Below are positions 1-9,132 of a stretch of 64,000 nucleotides of DNA, in pieces (position 1 is the stretch's first letter; the number at the start of each line of letters is the position of its first letter). A program made the position numbers and the translations under genes. The stretch lies in contig JAQTTB010000001.1 of assembly GCA_028710985.1 (NCBI GenBank), forward strand, positions 457,864-521,863. The letters are read 5' to 3'. The notes beneath the pieces were generated by a model, which worked only from the letters and a program-made list of their open reading frames with translations, did not search any database and was not told where the DNA came from. This DNA comes from Patescibacteria group bacterium. GTDB taxonomy: Bacteria > Patescibacteriota > Patescibacteriia > JAHJFT01.

Positions 1-2
1 AA

Positions 3-281
3 TCGGCGAGGATTAATGCCGACGTCAAGGGCCAGAACGCGGTAATTGCCGGAGAGGTGAACGGCAACATGAAGATTTCGGAAAAGATTGAACTCCTGGC
101 GAGCGCCAAAGTGAACGGCGATATCGAAACCAAGATACTCTCGGTTACTCCCGGCGCCGTAATCAACGGTAAGATAAGCATGGGAACCGAAATGCCAGCC
201 GTGGCTCCGATGGCGCGCGGCAAAAAAGGAGCTCGGGATATTGAAAAAGAAATCACTTCAAGCGAGGATACGGAACTTTAA
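3..281 (+). CDS. Bactofilin / polymer-forming cytoskeletal protein (5' truncated by window)
   Basis: Frame open from window start: ...ARINADVKGQNAVIAGEVNGNMKISEKIELLASAKVNGDIETKILSVTPGAVINGKISM, a bactofilin beta-helix pattern. Confidence 0.85.
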   Translation, partial: SARINADVKGQNAVIAGEVNGNMKISEKIELLASAKVNGDIETKILSVTPGAVINGKISMGTEMPAVAPMARGKKGARDIEKEITSSEDTEL

Positions 282-284
282 AAT

Positions 285-1019
285 ATGTATTATTATGTTT
301 ATGACGAGTTCGTTCAGGCTCGCCGGTATGAAAAGGATTTATTTCAGATCGAGAGTCGCTTGACCGATCTCGGCATTTCTGGGAAGATAGGGCGACTTGC
401 CTTATTTAAAGATGCGTGCGAACTGGTTCGCGATGAAATTCGTCGTGGAGCCAAGACCGTGATTTTTATTGGCAACGACGAGACCGTCAACAAAATCGTA
501 AAAATTTTGCCCGAAGTTAAAGCGACATTCGGAATCATTCCGCTCGGTGAAGAAGGAAACAGTATGGCGAAGATTCTCGGCATGCCCGAAGGCATCGCCG
601 CCTGCGATGTGATTTCCGCGCGCATGGTCAAAGAACTGGATATCGCAAAAGTCAATGACCGCTGTTTTCTCTCGCGCGTTGTGATTCCAGATACGACCAT
701 TGCCCTGCGTTGCGAAGGTAATTACGCGATATCGCCCTCGAGTCGCGGCGACATCGAAATCCGAAATTGGGGAATCATTGATAAAAAAGAAACCGCATTC
801 GGCAATCCGGAAGACGGACTTCTGGATATCGTGATACACGCGAAGCTCGGAAAGAACAAGGAACAGATTACAAATCTGAAACTCAAGAGCGTGGAAATAA
901 AAACCCGCGAACAATTTTCCATCTTCATTGATCACGAACGCATCAACGGCAATAATTTCAAAATTAAATTTGCCCCGCGCCGCGCGCGGTGGATTGTCGG
1001 CAAGGGTCGGCTTTTTTAA
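285..1019 (+). CDS. Diacylglycerol-kinase-like (DAGK catalytic fold) protein
   Basis: VIFIGNDETV (GGDGT-like), FGIIPLGEEGNSMAKILG and LDIAKVNDRCF resemble DAGK/YegS motifs in degenerate form. Confidence 0.6.
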   Translation: MYYYVYDEFVQARRYEKDLFQIESRLTDLGISGKIGRLALFKDACELVRDEIRRGAKTVIFIGNDETVNKIVKILPEVKATFGIIPLGEEGNSMAKILGMPEGIAACDVISARMVKELDIAKVNDRCFLSRVVIPDTTIALRCEGNYAISPSSRGDIEIRNWGIIDKKETAFGNPEDGLLDIVIHAKLGKNKEQITNLKLKSVEIKTREQFSIFIDHERINGNNFKIKFAPRRARWIVGKGRLF

Positions 1020-1050
1020 AAAAATATTTTACTTTAAAAACTTATTAAAC

Positions 1051-1136
1051 GCCGGGATGGTGGAATGGTAGACACACTAGCTTGAGGTGCTAGCGGGGGC
1101 AACCCTGTGGGAGTTCGAATCTCCCTCCCGGCACCA
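1051..1136 (+). tRNA. tRNA-Leu(GAG)
   Basis: Acceptor GCCGGGA/TCCCGGC, anticodon arm CTAGC-TT GAG GT-GCTAG, long variable arm, TTCGAAT T-loop, encoded CCA. Confidence 0.97.
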
Positions 1137-1143
1137 AACTAAA

Positions 1144-1416
1144 ATGTTTTGTGTTTATGCAATTGATAGTTTGAATAGAAACTATATTTATATTGGCATT
1201 ACAAATAACTTGAGCCGCCGACTCCGACAGCATCAGGGCGGTAAAAATAAAACCACAGCGCCCTATCGTCCATTTAAACTGCTGTACAAAGAAGAGTATA
1301 ATACGAGAGCAGGGGCAAGGCAGCATGAAAAATATTTAAAGTCTGGCTGCGGTAAAGAGTGGATAAAGAGTAATTTTAAAAAACGCGCTAGCCTGCCTGC
1401 CGGCAGGCAGGCTTGA
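1144..1416 (+). CDS. Stand-alone GIY-YIG endonuclease
   Basis: MFCVYAIDS...YIYIGITNNLSRRLRQH...EKYLKSGCG; real start is ATG 1144, since the ORF-track start lies inside the tRNA. Confidence 0.9.
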   Translation: MFCVYAIDSLNRNYIYIGITNNLSRRLRQHQGGKNKTTAPYRPFKLLYKEEYNTRAGARQHEKYLKSGCGKEWIKSNFKKRASLPAGRQA

Positions 1417-1467
1417 GGTGCTAGTGGGGGCAACCCCGTGGAGGTTCAAGTCCTCTCCGCAGCACCA
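1346..1467 (+). pseudogene. Degenerate second tRNA-Leu(GAG)-like sequence interrupted by a 20-bp palindrome
   Basis: GCTAG[CCTGCCTGCCGGCAGGCAGG]CTTGAGGTGCTAG, then variable arm, GGAGG-TTCAAGT-CCTCT and CCGCAGC-A-CCA. A matching 5' acceptor GCTGCGG lies at 1346-1352 inside the GIY-YIG ORF; no proper D arm. Confidence 0.75.
1390..1413. repeat. Palindromic mini-element CCTGCCTGCCGGCAGGCAGG (copy 1)
   Basis: Perfect 24-bp palindrome AGCCTGCCTGCCGGCAGGCAGGCT; same 20-bp core (at most one substitution) at 14710, 43525 and 51744. Confidence 0.9.
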
Positions 1468-1472
1468 GACGT

Positions 1473-1524
1473 ATGAATTAGGAATAAGCAAGACCCTGAT
1501 TCCTGATTCATGATTCCTAATTCC
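1473..1524. repeat. 7-nt periodic inverted array (GAATYAK / YTRATTC type)
   Basis: ATGAATTAGGAATAAG...CCTGATTCCTGATTCATGATTCCTAATTCC. Confidence 0.75.
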
Positions 1525-1579
1525 CGCTGCCCATTCGGCATAATCATTTTTTAAAGTATAGCGATTTATAAACAGACAT

Positions 1580-1771
1580 ATGGAACTCAAAATAGACAAA
1601 GAGCTCTGCATCGGTTGCGGGCTTTGCACGTCAATTTGCAAGGATGTTTTCCGTCTGGGAGCCGACGGCAAGTCGGAAATAATTCCGGACGTCGATCTCG
1701 CAAAACACGCCGACCATATTGACCAGGCCGCGGCTTCCTGCCCGGTGAGCGCGATTATATATAAAGAGTAG
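1580..1771 (+). CDS. Single-cluster ferredoxin
   Basis: CIGCGLCTSIC...CPVSAI, 63 aa. Confidence 0.92.
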   Translation: MELKIDKELCIGCGLCTSICKDVFRLGADGKSEIIPDVDLAKHADHIDQAAASCPVSAIIYKE

Positions 1772-1772
1772 G

Positions 1773-1849
1773 GGGCGCGTAGCTCAGCTGGTTAGAGCAT
1801 CTCGTTTACACCGAGAGGGTCAGGGGTTCGAGTCCCTTCGCGCCCACCA
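1773..1849 (+). tRNA. tRNA-Val(TAC)
   Basis: GGGCGCG/CGCGCCC acceptor, TCTCG-TT TAC AC-CGAGA anticodon arm, TTCGAGT, CCA. Confidence 0.97.
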
Positions 1850-2007
1850 AATAAACTTTGTTTAAGGCAAGGTTTTTTTATTTGCTCCGTCGGTCGGCAA
1901 TTGACAATCTCGGTAAAATATGTGATTATATTGTGTTGCCGGGATGTTCTCGGCAGGTTTCCCCGCCAGAGGCGGGCAGGCTAAATTCCGGTCTGGAGGA
2001 AAAGCAG

Positions 2008-2337
2008 ATGAACGCAGCCATGAAAAAGCTCCCGGCCCATGAGCTGATTCTGAAGAAAATCGAAGACTATCAATCCGGAGTTCATCGCCGCGCGCTGGAG
2101 CCCAAGAAACCTCAAAGTGATATCGCGGCAATGATGAATTACGCACGCGCAAAGGAAAGAGAAGGGTTATTCAATATTCTCGTGAGCATGACCCTTCCGT
2201 CGGAAGAAGTGCCGAATATTCTCCGCCGTCTGCAGAGTCTTAGAGAGGCGGGGCTTTTCGACGACGATCTCGGTATGCGCACCAAGCTTAACTCAATTAT
2301 CTCAGAACTTTCCGGCGCCCCGGATACGGAAACGTAG
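2008..2337 (+). CDS. Hypothetical protein
   Basis: GGAGG SD before ATG 2008; TTGACA at 1901; hairpin plus T-run terminator at ~2377-2404. Confidence 0.65.
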   Translation: MNAAMKKLPAHELILKKIEDYQSGVHRRALEPKKPQSDIAAMMNYARAKEREGLFNILVSMTLPSEEVPNILRRLQSLREAGLFDDDLGMRTKLNSIISELSGAPDTET

Positions 2338-2471
2338 CGTGGATTCATGAATCGCCGCGAATAATCGTTCTTTCTTTCCCGAACTTCGGTTCGGGACATT
2401 TTTTGAGGCCATCCCTGAATTTTGTCGAAGGGGCGGTATTGAAGAATGGACTTTGAAAAAGGAGCAAGCGG

Positions 2472-2771
2472 ATGAGAGAATATTCTTTGCGCTACGAATT
2501 ACTGAAACGTGAGTACGATAAAGTGACGAGTGGCCGGAAATGCGTGGCCTCGTGCCAGCGCATTTATGATTTTACGGCCAAGGGTGATCGGCAAGCCGGG
2601 AACATTGCCAGAGGGTTTCTTGATCGCCTCGTGCATCGGCGCGGCAAGAACGCCGTGGGCAGGGTGCGCTTGGAGCGGCTGGATCCGGATGACGAGATGC
2701 CCAGTTATGCGGTCGCGATTCCATCCGAAGTGCGCCTCAGTATATGTCTGAAAGCGAGGAGGGTTTCATAA
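2472..2771 (+). CDS. Hypothetical protein
   Basis: AAGGAG SD before ATG; 99-aa ORF; terminator-like hairpin downstream. Confidence 0.55.
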   Translation: MREYSLRYELLKREYDKVTSGRKCVASCQRIYDFTAKGDRQAGNIARGFLDRLVHRRGKNAVGRVRLERLDPDDEMPSYAVAIPSEVRLSICLKARRVS

Positions 2772-2924
2772 ACGCGGGTTTATCCCCGCTGTCTCACCGG
2801 TCATCTTGCATTGGAGGATGTATAGCTGGCCGGATTTTTTTCAGGCAAACATTGACACTGGCCGGGTTTTCTGTTTTAATGCATTGAAAAGTTGATTATA
2901 ATCGTCAGGAAGGAGGAAGAAGGG

Positions 2925-3689
2925 ATGAGAGAGGTAATAAACGACCGGAAAGCGCTCGGCGAAGCGGGAAAGTCTGCCGAGCGTCTCAGGGAAAGGCGTT
3001 TTATTTACCGCAACGCATTCGCGCAATATGCCGCGTTTTGCTATGAATCGTCACTACCCGGTCCGCCGCCGAAGATGGATCCGGCAGCTGCCAAGACGCT
3101 CGAGCGCTGGCTTCGCATTTCGGAAGTCAAGATCGCGCTCGGCGGAGCGACGCTCGCCATGGACGAGATTTTGGCCCCCGGCTACCCACCGGAACGCGCC
3201 GGTTACGCCAAGCTCCTCGAAAAAGTGCTTAACGACTGGCTCAAGCCAGCGGATCCCGAAGGCTGCGCCATGAAGGATTTCTGGCAGAGCTATCTTGTCG
3301 CCGTCGCCACTGGTACAATCAGCGCGCCGGTTTCATACGAAAAACTTATCACTGATGTGATACGGCGTTTTACCGCCGATCAGCGCTCCGAAGTCCGTCC
3401 GGTATGGGATGAAGCCGCGTTTCAGCTGGTCGACCGGGTTCTGAACGAACTTTCCGAGCAGGAACGGAGCGTGATCCGCAAGCACTATGGCATGGATGGA
3501 AAGGCCATGACGCTCGATAGAATCGGCCGCGAATTTTCCATCTCTCGTGAACGCGTGTATCAGATTGAGGTTGCTGCGCTGCACAGGCTCCGCGATCCAA
3601 AGCACAGCCGCCGGCTCAGGCCTCTCGTTCAATCCGTTACGCAACTGCTTACCGACCGGCTCGCGTCAATCAAGCGGATGGTTTCATAG
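2925..3689 (+). CDS. Protein with C-terminal sigma-70 region 4 HTH
   Basis: LNELSEQERSVIRKHYGMDGKAMTLDRIGREFSISRERVYQIEVAALHRLR closely resembles RpoD region 4; AGGAGG SD; no recognisable region 2. Confidence 0.8.
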   Translation: MREVINDRKALGEAGKSAERLRERRFIYRNAFAQYAAFCYESSLPGPPPKMDPAAAKTLERWLRISEVKIALGGATLAMDEILAPGYPPERAGYAKLLEKVLNDWLKPADPEGCAMKDFWQSYLVAVATGTISAPVSYEKLITDVIRRFTADQRSEVRPVWDEAAFQLVDRVLNELSEQERSVIRKHYGMDGKAMTLDRIGREFSISRERVYQIEVAALHRLRDPKHSRRLRPLVQSVTQLLTDRLASIKRMVS

Positions 3690-3792
3690 CCGCCTCTCGC
3701 TGGCAGCGAAACTCTGTTTCGTTGCCGTTTTTTTTATTCACCTCGCCGTTCATTATTGGTATACTGATAGCAACAACAAGGAGGTTCGCACA

Positions 3793-3996
3793 ATGGATAA
3801 GAGAAGACTCAAGAGATTGACCTCTCTCGATGGAGTAAGTGTCGAATATCGCGAGAGCGAGCTCAATCATAGCTTGAGCAAGGAAGAACTCCTGAAAGAG
3901 CTGAACGAGCTGGTCGATGACTATAATTCAGGTCTTGAGAATCCTCAGGTTGCGGAGGCAACCGAGATTCCGAGAGGATGGGAGATTTTCTTCTAA
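3793..3996 (+). CDS. Small hypothetical protein (67 aa)
   Basis: AAGGAGG SD, TATACT -10 upstream, MDKRRLKRL...WEIFF. Confidence 0.6.
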   Translation: MDKRRLKRLTSLDGVSVEYRESELNHSLSKEELLKELNELVDDYNSGLENPQVAEATEIPRGWEIFF

Positions 3997-4172
3997 TGGC
4001 CGAGCAATAAGCGTAGACGCTCTTTCATAGGCAATCGCCAATCCTTGCCGATCAAAAAAAGATCGGCTTTTATTTTTATGGTATTTTTAAGGTTGAAAGC
4101 CTTGACTTTTTTATTCTTTCGGCGTATAACCAAATATCTTGTACTTTAAAATATTTTAAGGAGGTAAAGAAC

Positions 4173-5642
4173 ATGAACGCTAACGATATGACGCATGAGA
4201 ACGAGCGTACTGGTCGGCTTCCCAAATATCCTGTTTCCGAAAGCGCTTTTGATTTGGCAAAGAGGCATGGCGGCATTGCCACAACGCCCGAAGAGGCGCT
4301 CCGCGAGCTCGGCGTGAGGAAAGTCTACTGCGAAACCAGGGCTTTTTACACGCTGGTCGCCGAGAAGGAATATGCCGAGCTTTGTTCAATCAGCCATAAT
4401 CTAATGCGCGAGTATCCCGGTTACATCTTTGCCGATCATCTCGATCGGATGCGCCGGATGATCAATGGTCACGAGCTGCTCACTCGCGGCGAACTGGGGT
4501 TTGTGAAATCCCGCGCCGAGCAATTTATTGCCGCCAAGGTTCCGCCGATATTCAATCCGGATCTTTACGGATATTCCTATTACACGGTTTATCCTCTTGA
4601 TTCCGTGGAAAAGGGCGTGACGATCATGCGGCTTTTTCCTTCGGTTGACTTTATTATCCAGTTCGCGATCGGTATGTTCGAACTGCGCCGAACGGCAATT
4701 GCCGCCCGCCTTAAGAGCAAGGGCGGGTTCTCCCCCTCGGCTTTGCTGATACAGCCGACTACCGTCAGCGACGTATACAGGTTTAGAAGTCGGGCTTTTC
4801 ACAAGCCGAAGCAAATCAATCCGTTTCTGATTCGCGAAACGCTTTCCTACGTCAAGGAGCACTTTAAGTTTCAAGACGGGGATCGCGCGAGTTACGTATC
4901 CGAACGGCAATGGAAAATCTTCCTTCACCTGGAGGAAGCCATGTCCCGGATGCCGTTTGTTCGCGAATACGAGACCTGGAACGGCGACACGGATGTCGTT
5001 CTTGAAAGGTGCTGGTATCTCCGCTTCAAGTCCGCAGACATTCTGAAGATTATCCGCGCGCGCAAGGACGCTATGCCCTTTCCGCCGCGCGACCGGGATC
5101 GGCAGATCTGGAAGCAGTTCAATATGCTGTTTCCGAAAATCTGCCCGGATCTTCAGGATATCGCCGCACGCCAACGCGCCGAACAGATACTTGAATTGGA
5201 GGGTCGTTTTGAGCGCGTCGAGTCGGTTGACGATCTGTGCGGTTTGCCGGACTGGATCTTCACCAAGGAGCCTTGGCGTTCTCGGTTCATGCCAAAGCTC
5301 GTCGGCCTCTTTGAAAGCGCTTGCGAATATCTAGCGCGGGAATCGTCGGAGTCGATTTTTCTCGCAACTACGGAAATTTCCGAGCGCGTCCATATTCCAT
5401 CCGTCGTCCTCTACCGACAGCCATTCAAGCAGGTCTTGAGTGCGGTGCGGCTCCGGACGGTACGCGAGATGGATGACCGGACTTTCATACTTGTTTTCTG
5501 CGGCGAGAGCAACCGACACCGCAAAGCAAGTATTGCCTGCTCCAGGTTCTATGAGTTGGATTCATCTTCGCGCGCCCTGCGCCAATATCTCCGGCACCGA
5601 TCCCAGCAGCTTCATAGTTCTCTCTCTGCTTCTTTCGATTAG
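4173..5642 (+). CDS. Hypothetical protein (489 aa)
   Basis: TTGACT..TATAAC promoter, AAGGAGG SD, long ORF, hairpin terminator at 5650-5678; no recognised domain. Confidence 0.75.
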   Translation: MNANDMTHENERTGRLPKYPVSESAFDLAKRHGGIATTPEEALRELGVRKVYCETRAFYTLVAEKEYAELCSISHNLMREYPGYIFADHLDRMRRMINGHELLTRGELGFVKSRAEQFIAAKVPPIFNPDLYGYSYYTVYPLDSVEKGVTIMRLFPSVDFIIQFAIGMFELRRTAIAARLKSKGGFSPSALLIQPTTVSDVYRFRSRAFHKPKQINPFLIRETLSYVKEHFKFQDGDRASYVSERQWKIFLHLEEAMSRMPFVREYETWNGDTDVVLERCWYLRFKSADILKIIRARKDAMPFPPRDRDRQIWKQFNMLFPKICPDLQDIAARQRAEQILELEGRFERVESVDDLCGLPDWIFTKEPWRSRFMPKLVGLFESACEYLARESSESIFLATTEISERVHIPSVVLYRQPFKQVLSAVRLRTVREMDDRTFILVFCGESNRHRKASIACSRFYELDSSSRALRQYLRHRSQQLHSSLSASFD

Positions 5643-5734
5643 CCGCTGCGCTCCGACCTCGTGTCGGAGCCTTTTTTTATTCAGCCGGCGCTTGCCCATT
5701 TTACGCAAAAATTATATAATAACCGTAGAATTTT

Positions 5735-5977
5735 ATGATTGCACAGATAATCATCGGAATCGTCATTATCCTGGTCGGTGCTTTTATGGTCATTAAAACC
5801 GAAACCTTTTACGGCATCTTCGGACCAATTGCCTGGGCGGACGCCAAATTCGGCGGTACGCGATTTTTTTACAAAGTTCTGGGCATCGTATTCTGCATCA
5901 TCGGATTTATGGTTGTCACCAATATGTGGCAGGGAATTATTACTTGGATTTTCGGATCATTACTTGGAAAAAAATAA
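5735..5977 (+). CDS. Small two-TM membrane protein
   Basis: Two hydrophobic segments; TTGCCC..TATAAT promoter upstream. Confidence 0.75.
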   Translation: MIAQIIIGIVIILVGAFMVIKTETFYGIFGPIAWADAKFGGTRFFYKVLGIVFCIIGFMVVTNMWQGIITWIFGSLLGKK

Positions 5978-5990
5978 TTTTTTTATAGAT

Positions 5991-6542
5991 ATGTCAATCA
6001 TCCCATCAACCAGCGAACTTATTAACGCCGCCACTCTTCTTGCCCAGGGTGCGATTCGCCAGGGCATGAAGGTTGCGGATTTAGGTTGCGGCAGCACCGG
6101 CCATTTCGTGTTTGCCGCGTCCGAACTTGTGGGAAAAGACGGAATCGTCTACGCGGTTGATATTCAAAAAGGAGCGCTTGATGGCGTTGAAAGCCGCACG
6201 CGGCTTGAGGGTGCCGAGAATGTCAAAACCGTGTGGTCGGATATTGAAATGTTCGGCGCGACTCGTATCCCGGCGGCGAGTCTTGACCTCGTTCTTCTTG
6301 TCAATAATCTTTTTTTGGCAAAAAACAAAAGCGAACTGGCGCGCGAAATCATCCGCCTGATGGTTCCTGGCGGCCGGCTCATTGTCGCAGACTGGAAGAT
6401 GACGCAGGCGCCGTTTGGCCCGTCCGTGAATGATCGCATTTCGCCCGAAGAAGCAAAGAACGTATTTTCTAAGGCCGGGATGAGGCTGGAAAAAGAATTT
6501 GAAGCCGGCAAATATCATTACGGCTTAGTATTTGTAAAATGA
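5991..6542 (+). CDS. Class I SAM-dependent methyltransferase
   Basis: VADLGCGSTG motif I, VYAVDIQ, GGRLIVADW; ATG 5991 chosen as start. Confidence 0.9.
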   Translation: MSIIPSTSELINAATLLAQGAIRQGMKVADLGCGSTGHFVFAASELVGKDGIVYAVDIQKGALDGVESRTRLEGAENVKTVWSDIEMFGATRIPAASLDLVLLVNNLFLAKNKSELAREIIRLMVPGGRLIVADWKMTQAPFGPSVNDRISPEEAKNVFSKAGMRLEKEFEAGKYHYGLVFVK

Positions 6543-6605
6543 ATCATGAATCAGGAATCATGAATTAAGAATATCGCGCATCGCACGTCCCTGATTCCCG
6601 ATTCT
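6540..6605. repeat. 7-nt periodic inverted array
   Basis: TGAATCATGAATCAGGAATCATGAATTAAGAAT...CCTGATTCCCGATTCT. Confidence 0.8.
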
Positions 6606-6647
6606 ACGCATTGGTAAAAATTTACTATAAAATAAATAACATCCAAT

Positions 6648-7064
6648 ATGTTTGATATCAGCCCTTTATTAAAAATTTCGTATTGGTTTGACCGCCGGCC
6701 GCCGGCGCTTGAGCCGGCCGCCCAGCAGGTATTTTTTTATGTCTTTGCCGGGCTGGTCGCGCTCTCGGTTGTCATTTCCATAATTATAAAAAAGAAAAAA
6801 GAAGAAGATCCGTGGGTTGCCAAAGGGTTTCAAAAAGTTTCATCGTGGTGCCTCACTATGGGCGTGGCCGGCCTGATGATTTTCTTTTTTAGTTTTGAAC
6901 AGGTGCCGATTCTTTCCATGAGAATTTGGTTTGCGGGCTGGGCGGTTTGGGCGGTCATTTGGATGATCTTTATAATCATGTTTTTCGTTAAAACCATTCC
7001 GGCGGAAAAATCCAGGATAAAAGAAAAAGAGCGGCTGGAAAAATATCTGCCCGGGAAAAAGTGA
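6648..7064 (+). CDS. Hypothetical membrane protein (3 TM)
   Basis: Three hydrophobic helices, basic C-tail EKYLPGKK. Confidence 0.8.
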   Translation: MFDISPLLKISYWFDRRPPALEPAAQQVFFYVFAGLVALSVVISIIIKKKKEEDPWVAKGFQKVSSWCLTMGVAGLMIFFFSFEQVPILSMRIWFAGWAVWAVIWMIFIIMFFVKTIPAEKSRIKEKERLEKYLPGKK

Positions 7065-7127
7065 GAATGTTGAATAACTATTCAACATTCTCATCCCGAC
7101 CCCGAGCGAAGTCGAGGGGAGGGATCC
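7062..7127. repeat. Composite inverted repeat + TCCCGA-hairpin-GAGGGATC element (copy 1)
   Basis: 15-bp perfect arms TGAGAATGTTGAATA/TATTCAACATTCTCA followed by TCCCGACCCCGAGCGAAGTCGAGGGGAGGGATC; same layout at 60273. Confidence 0.7.
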
Positions 7128-7178
7128 CTTATCTTCCGCAAGAGAGTGTTGGTTGATTATAAAAACCACATCAAAAAT

Positions 7179-7544
7179 ATGATCAAGCGGCTCGGCGAAT
7201 GGGGGGAGGACATTGCGGCCGCTTTTTTAGTTAAAAAAGGATATACCCTGGTTGAGCAAAACTGGCGCTGTGAACTCGGGGAGATTGACTTGGTCATGAA
7301 ATTCAATGATAAGGGAAATGAGGTTTATGCTTTCATCGAAGTCAAGGCTCGCGCCGATACGGAATTTGGATATCCGGAAGAGGCAGTCACCCGGTCAAAG
7401 CTTAATCATCTCGTCGCCGCCTGCGAGGCATATTCATACGAGCATAATTTAAAATCAATCTGGCAAATCGATATCGTGGCGATTATCGGAACGCCATCGT
7501 ACGGGATTAAAGATATCAGGCATTTTTCTAAGTTGGAGCTATAA
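7179..7544 (+). CDS. yraN: YraN family (UPF0102) PD-(D/E)xK endonuclease
   Basis: GEWGEDIAAAFLVKKGY...NWRCELGEIDLV...FIEVKAR...PEEAVT. Confidence 0.9.
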   Translation: MIKRLGEWGEDIAAAFLVKKGYTLVEQNWRCELGEIDLVMKFNDKGNEVYAFIEVKARADTEFGYPEEAVTRSKLNHLVAACEAYSYEHNLKSIWQIDIVAIIGTPSYGIKDIRHFSKLEL

Positions 7545-7758
7545 TTTTGAATTTCTATGGGCCTTGCGTCTATTTTTGCCGCATGCTATACTCAACGCAG
7601 ACTAGTCTCAATAGACTAGTTAATTTTTTACCAAGAATATGAAATCGTTGATTTTTCAACGATTTCACCCTGAGCGAAGTGAAGGGTCTTATGCCTAAAC
7701 AGAAAGTAAATTGCTTGCTATAATTAGATAAAACTTAGTAATACTTATACCTAAAAAT

Positions 7759-9120
7759 ATGCCATCAGCAATCACCCAGGCGATCAAGCAGATTTGTGAG
7801 GAAAAAAACATTTCCTACGAAGCCGTGCTTGAGACAATTGAGGCGGCCATGGGCGCCGCGTACCGCAAGGATTTCGGCAATAAAATGCAGAATATCCGCG
7901 TTAATTTTGATCCCGAAACCGCCGGGATCAAGGTTTTTGACGTTAAAGAAGTGGTGGAGGATCAGGAAATCGAGGAACTTGAAGAAGGCGAAGCCGAAGC
8001 GGCCGAAGAGCCAAAGGGCAAAGAGGTCAAAGAAAAAGAAGAGGAAAAAGAAAAGCCCGTTGAGCCCAAAGAGGGCGAAGTGGCGGAAGGCGAGGAAGCG
8101 AAATTCAATCCCAAGACCCAGATTATGATTTCCGACGCCAAGGATATTAAAGCCGACGCGAAAATCGGGGACGAGATACGCGTTGAGCTTGAGGTTCCGG
8201 GAGAATTCGGCCGCATGGCCGCGCAGACCGCGAAACAGGTCATCACGCAAAAATTGCGCGAAGCCGAGCGTGAAAATGTTTATAAAGAGTATAAAGATCG
8301 CGAAGGTGAAGTCATCAACGCAGTTGTCCAGCGCCGCGAAGGCCGCATCGTGCTTATTGATCTCGGCCGTATCTCAGGCATCATGAGGCCCGAAGATCAG
8401 GTGCCCAGTGAATTTTATCGCCCGGGCGAGCGCATTAAGGTTTTTGTCGCCAAAGTTGAAATGACCACCAAGGGTCCGGAGATACTTCTTTCGCGTTCGC
8501 ATCCCGAGATGGTACGGCGCCTCTTTGAACTAGAAATTCCGGAGATTGCCTCCGGCGCGGTTGAGATTAAAGCTATCGCCCGCGAAGCCGGATCGCGCAC
8601 CAAAGTCGCGGTAACCACGCGCGAAGAAAATGTTGATCCAATCGGCTCCTGCATCGGTCAGCGCGGCACCCGTATCCAGACAATTATCAGCGAACTCGGC
8701 GGAGAAAAGATTGATATCATTGAATGGAAAGAAGATGCCGAAACATTTATCATGAATTCGCTTTCACCGGCCAAGACCGCCCGGGTTACTTTGGATCAAG
8801 AAGGGCACAGCGCGCTTGTGTCCGTGGCACCGGATCAGCTTTCGCTCGCCATCGGCCGCGGCGGACAAAATGTGCGCCTGGCCGCGCGCCTCACCAGCTG
8901 GAAGATTAATGTTGCCGAAGAAGGTGGTGGCGTGATTGCGGATTCGGAAAAAGGCGAAATCGCGGCTGAAGCCGAAAAGCCGGCCGAAGAAGCCGCGCCG
9001 GTCGCAGAGGTCAAACCCGCCGAGGAAATTGCCCCGGTTGAATCCAAGAAAAAGAAAGAACCAAAAAAGAAGAAAGTGAAAAAAGAGAAAAAAGAAGATA
9101 AAAAAGAAGGCAAAGAATAA
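7759..9120 (+). CDS. nusA: Transcription termination/antitermination factor NusA
   Basis: FGRMAAQTAKQVI, S1 domain, KH motifs AREAGSRTKVAV and SLAIGRGGQNVRLAARL. Confidence 0.98.
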   Translation: MPSAITQAIKQICEEKNISYEAVLETIEAAMGAAYRKDFGNKMQNIRVNFDPETAGIKVFDVKEVVEDQEIEELEEGEAEAAEEPKGKEVKEKEEEKEKPVEPKEGEVAEGEEAKFNPKTQIMISDAKDIKADAKIGDEIRVELEVPGEFGRMAAQTAKQVITQKLREAERENVYKEYKDREGEVINAVVQRREGRIVLIDLGRISGIMRPEDQVPSEFYRPGERIKVFVAKVEMTTKGPEILLSRSHPEMVRRLFELEIPEIASGAVEIKAIAREAGSRTKVAVTTREENVDPIGSCIGQRGTRIQTIISELGGEKIDIIEWKEDAETFIMNSLSPAKTARVTLDQEGHSALVSVAPDQLSLAIGRGGQNVRLAARLTSWKINVAEEGGGVIADSEKGEIAAEAEKPAEEAAPVAEVKPAEEIAPVESKKKKEPKKKKVKKEKKEDKKEGKE

Positions 9121-9132
9121 CCAGAAAATTTT

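Noticed and set aside
1087-1143. N-terminal extension of the GIY-YIG ORF in the track
   Set aside because: It overlaps tRNA-Leu; ATG 1144 gives a normal GIY-YIG start
1850-5700. Prophage or integrative element at tRNA-Val
   Set aside because: No integrase, structural genes or duplicated tRNA 3' end found
7960-9120. Acidic insert and Lys-rich tail of NusA as novel domains
   Set aside because: Low-complexity, probably disordered extensions with no specific signal
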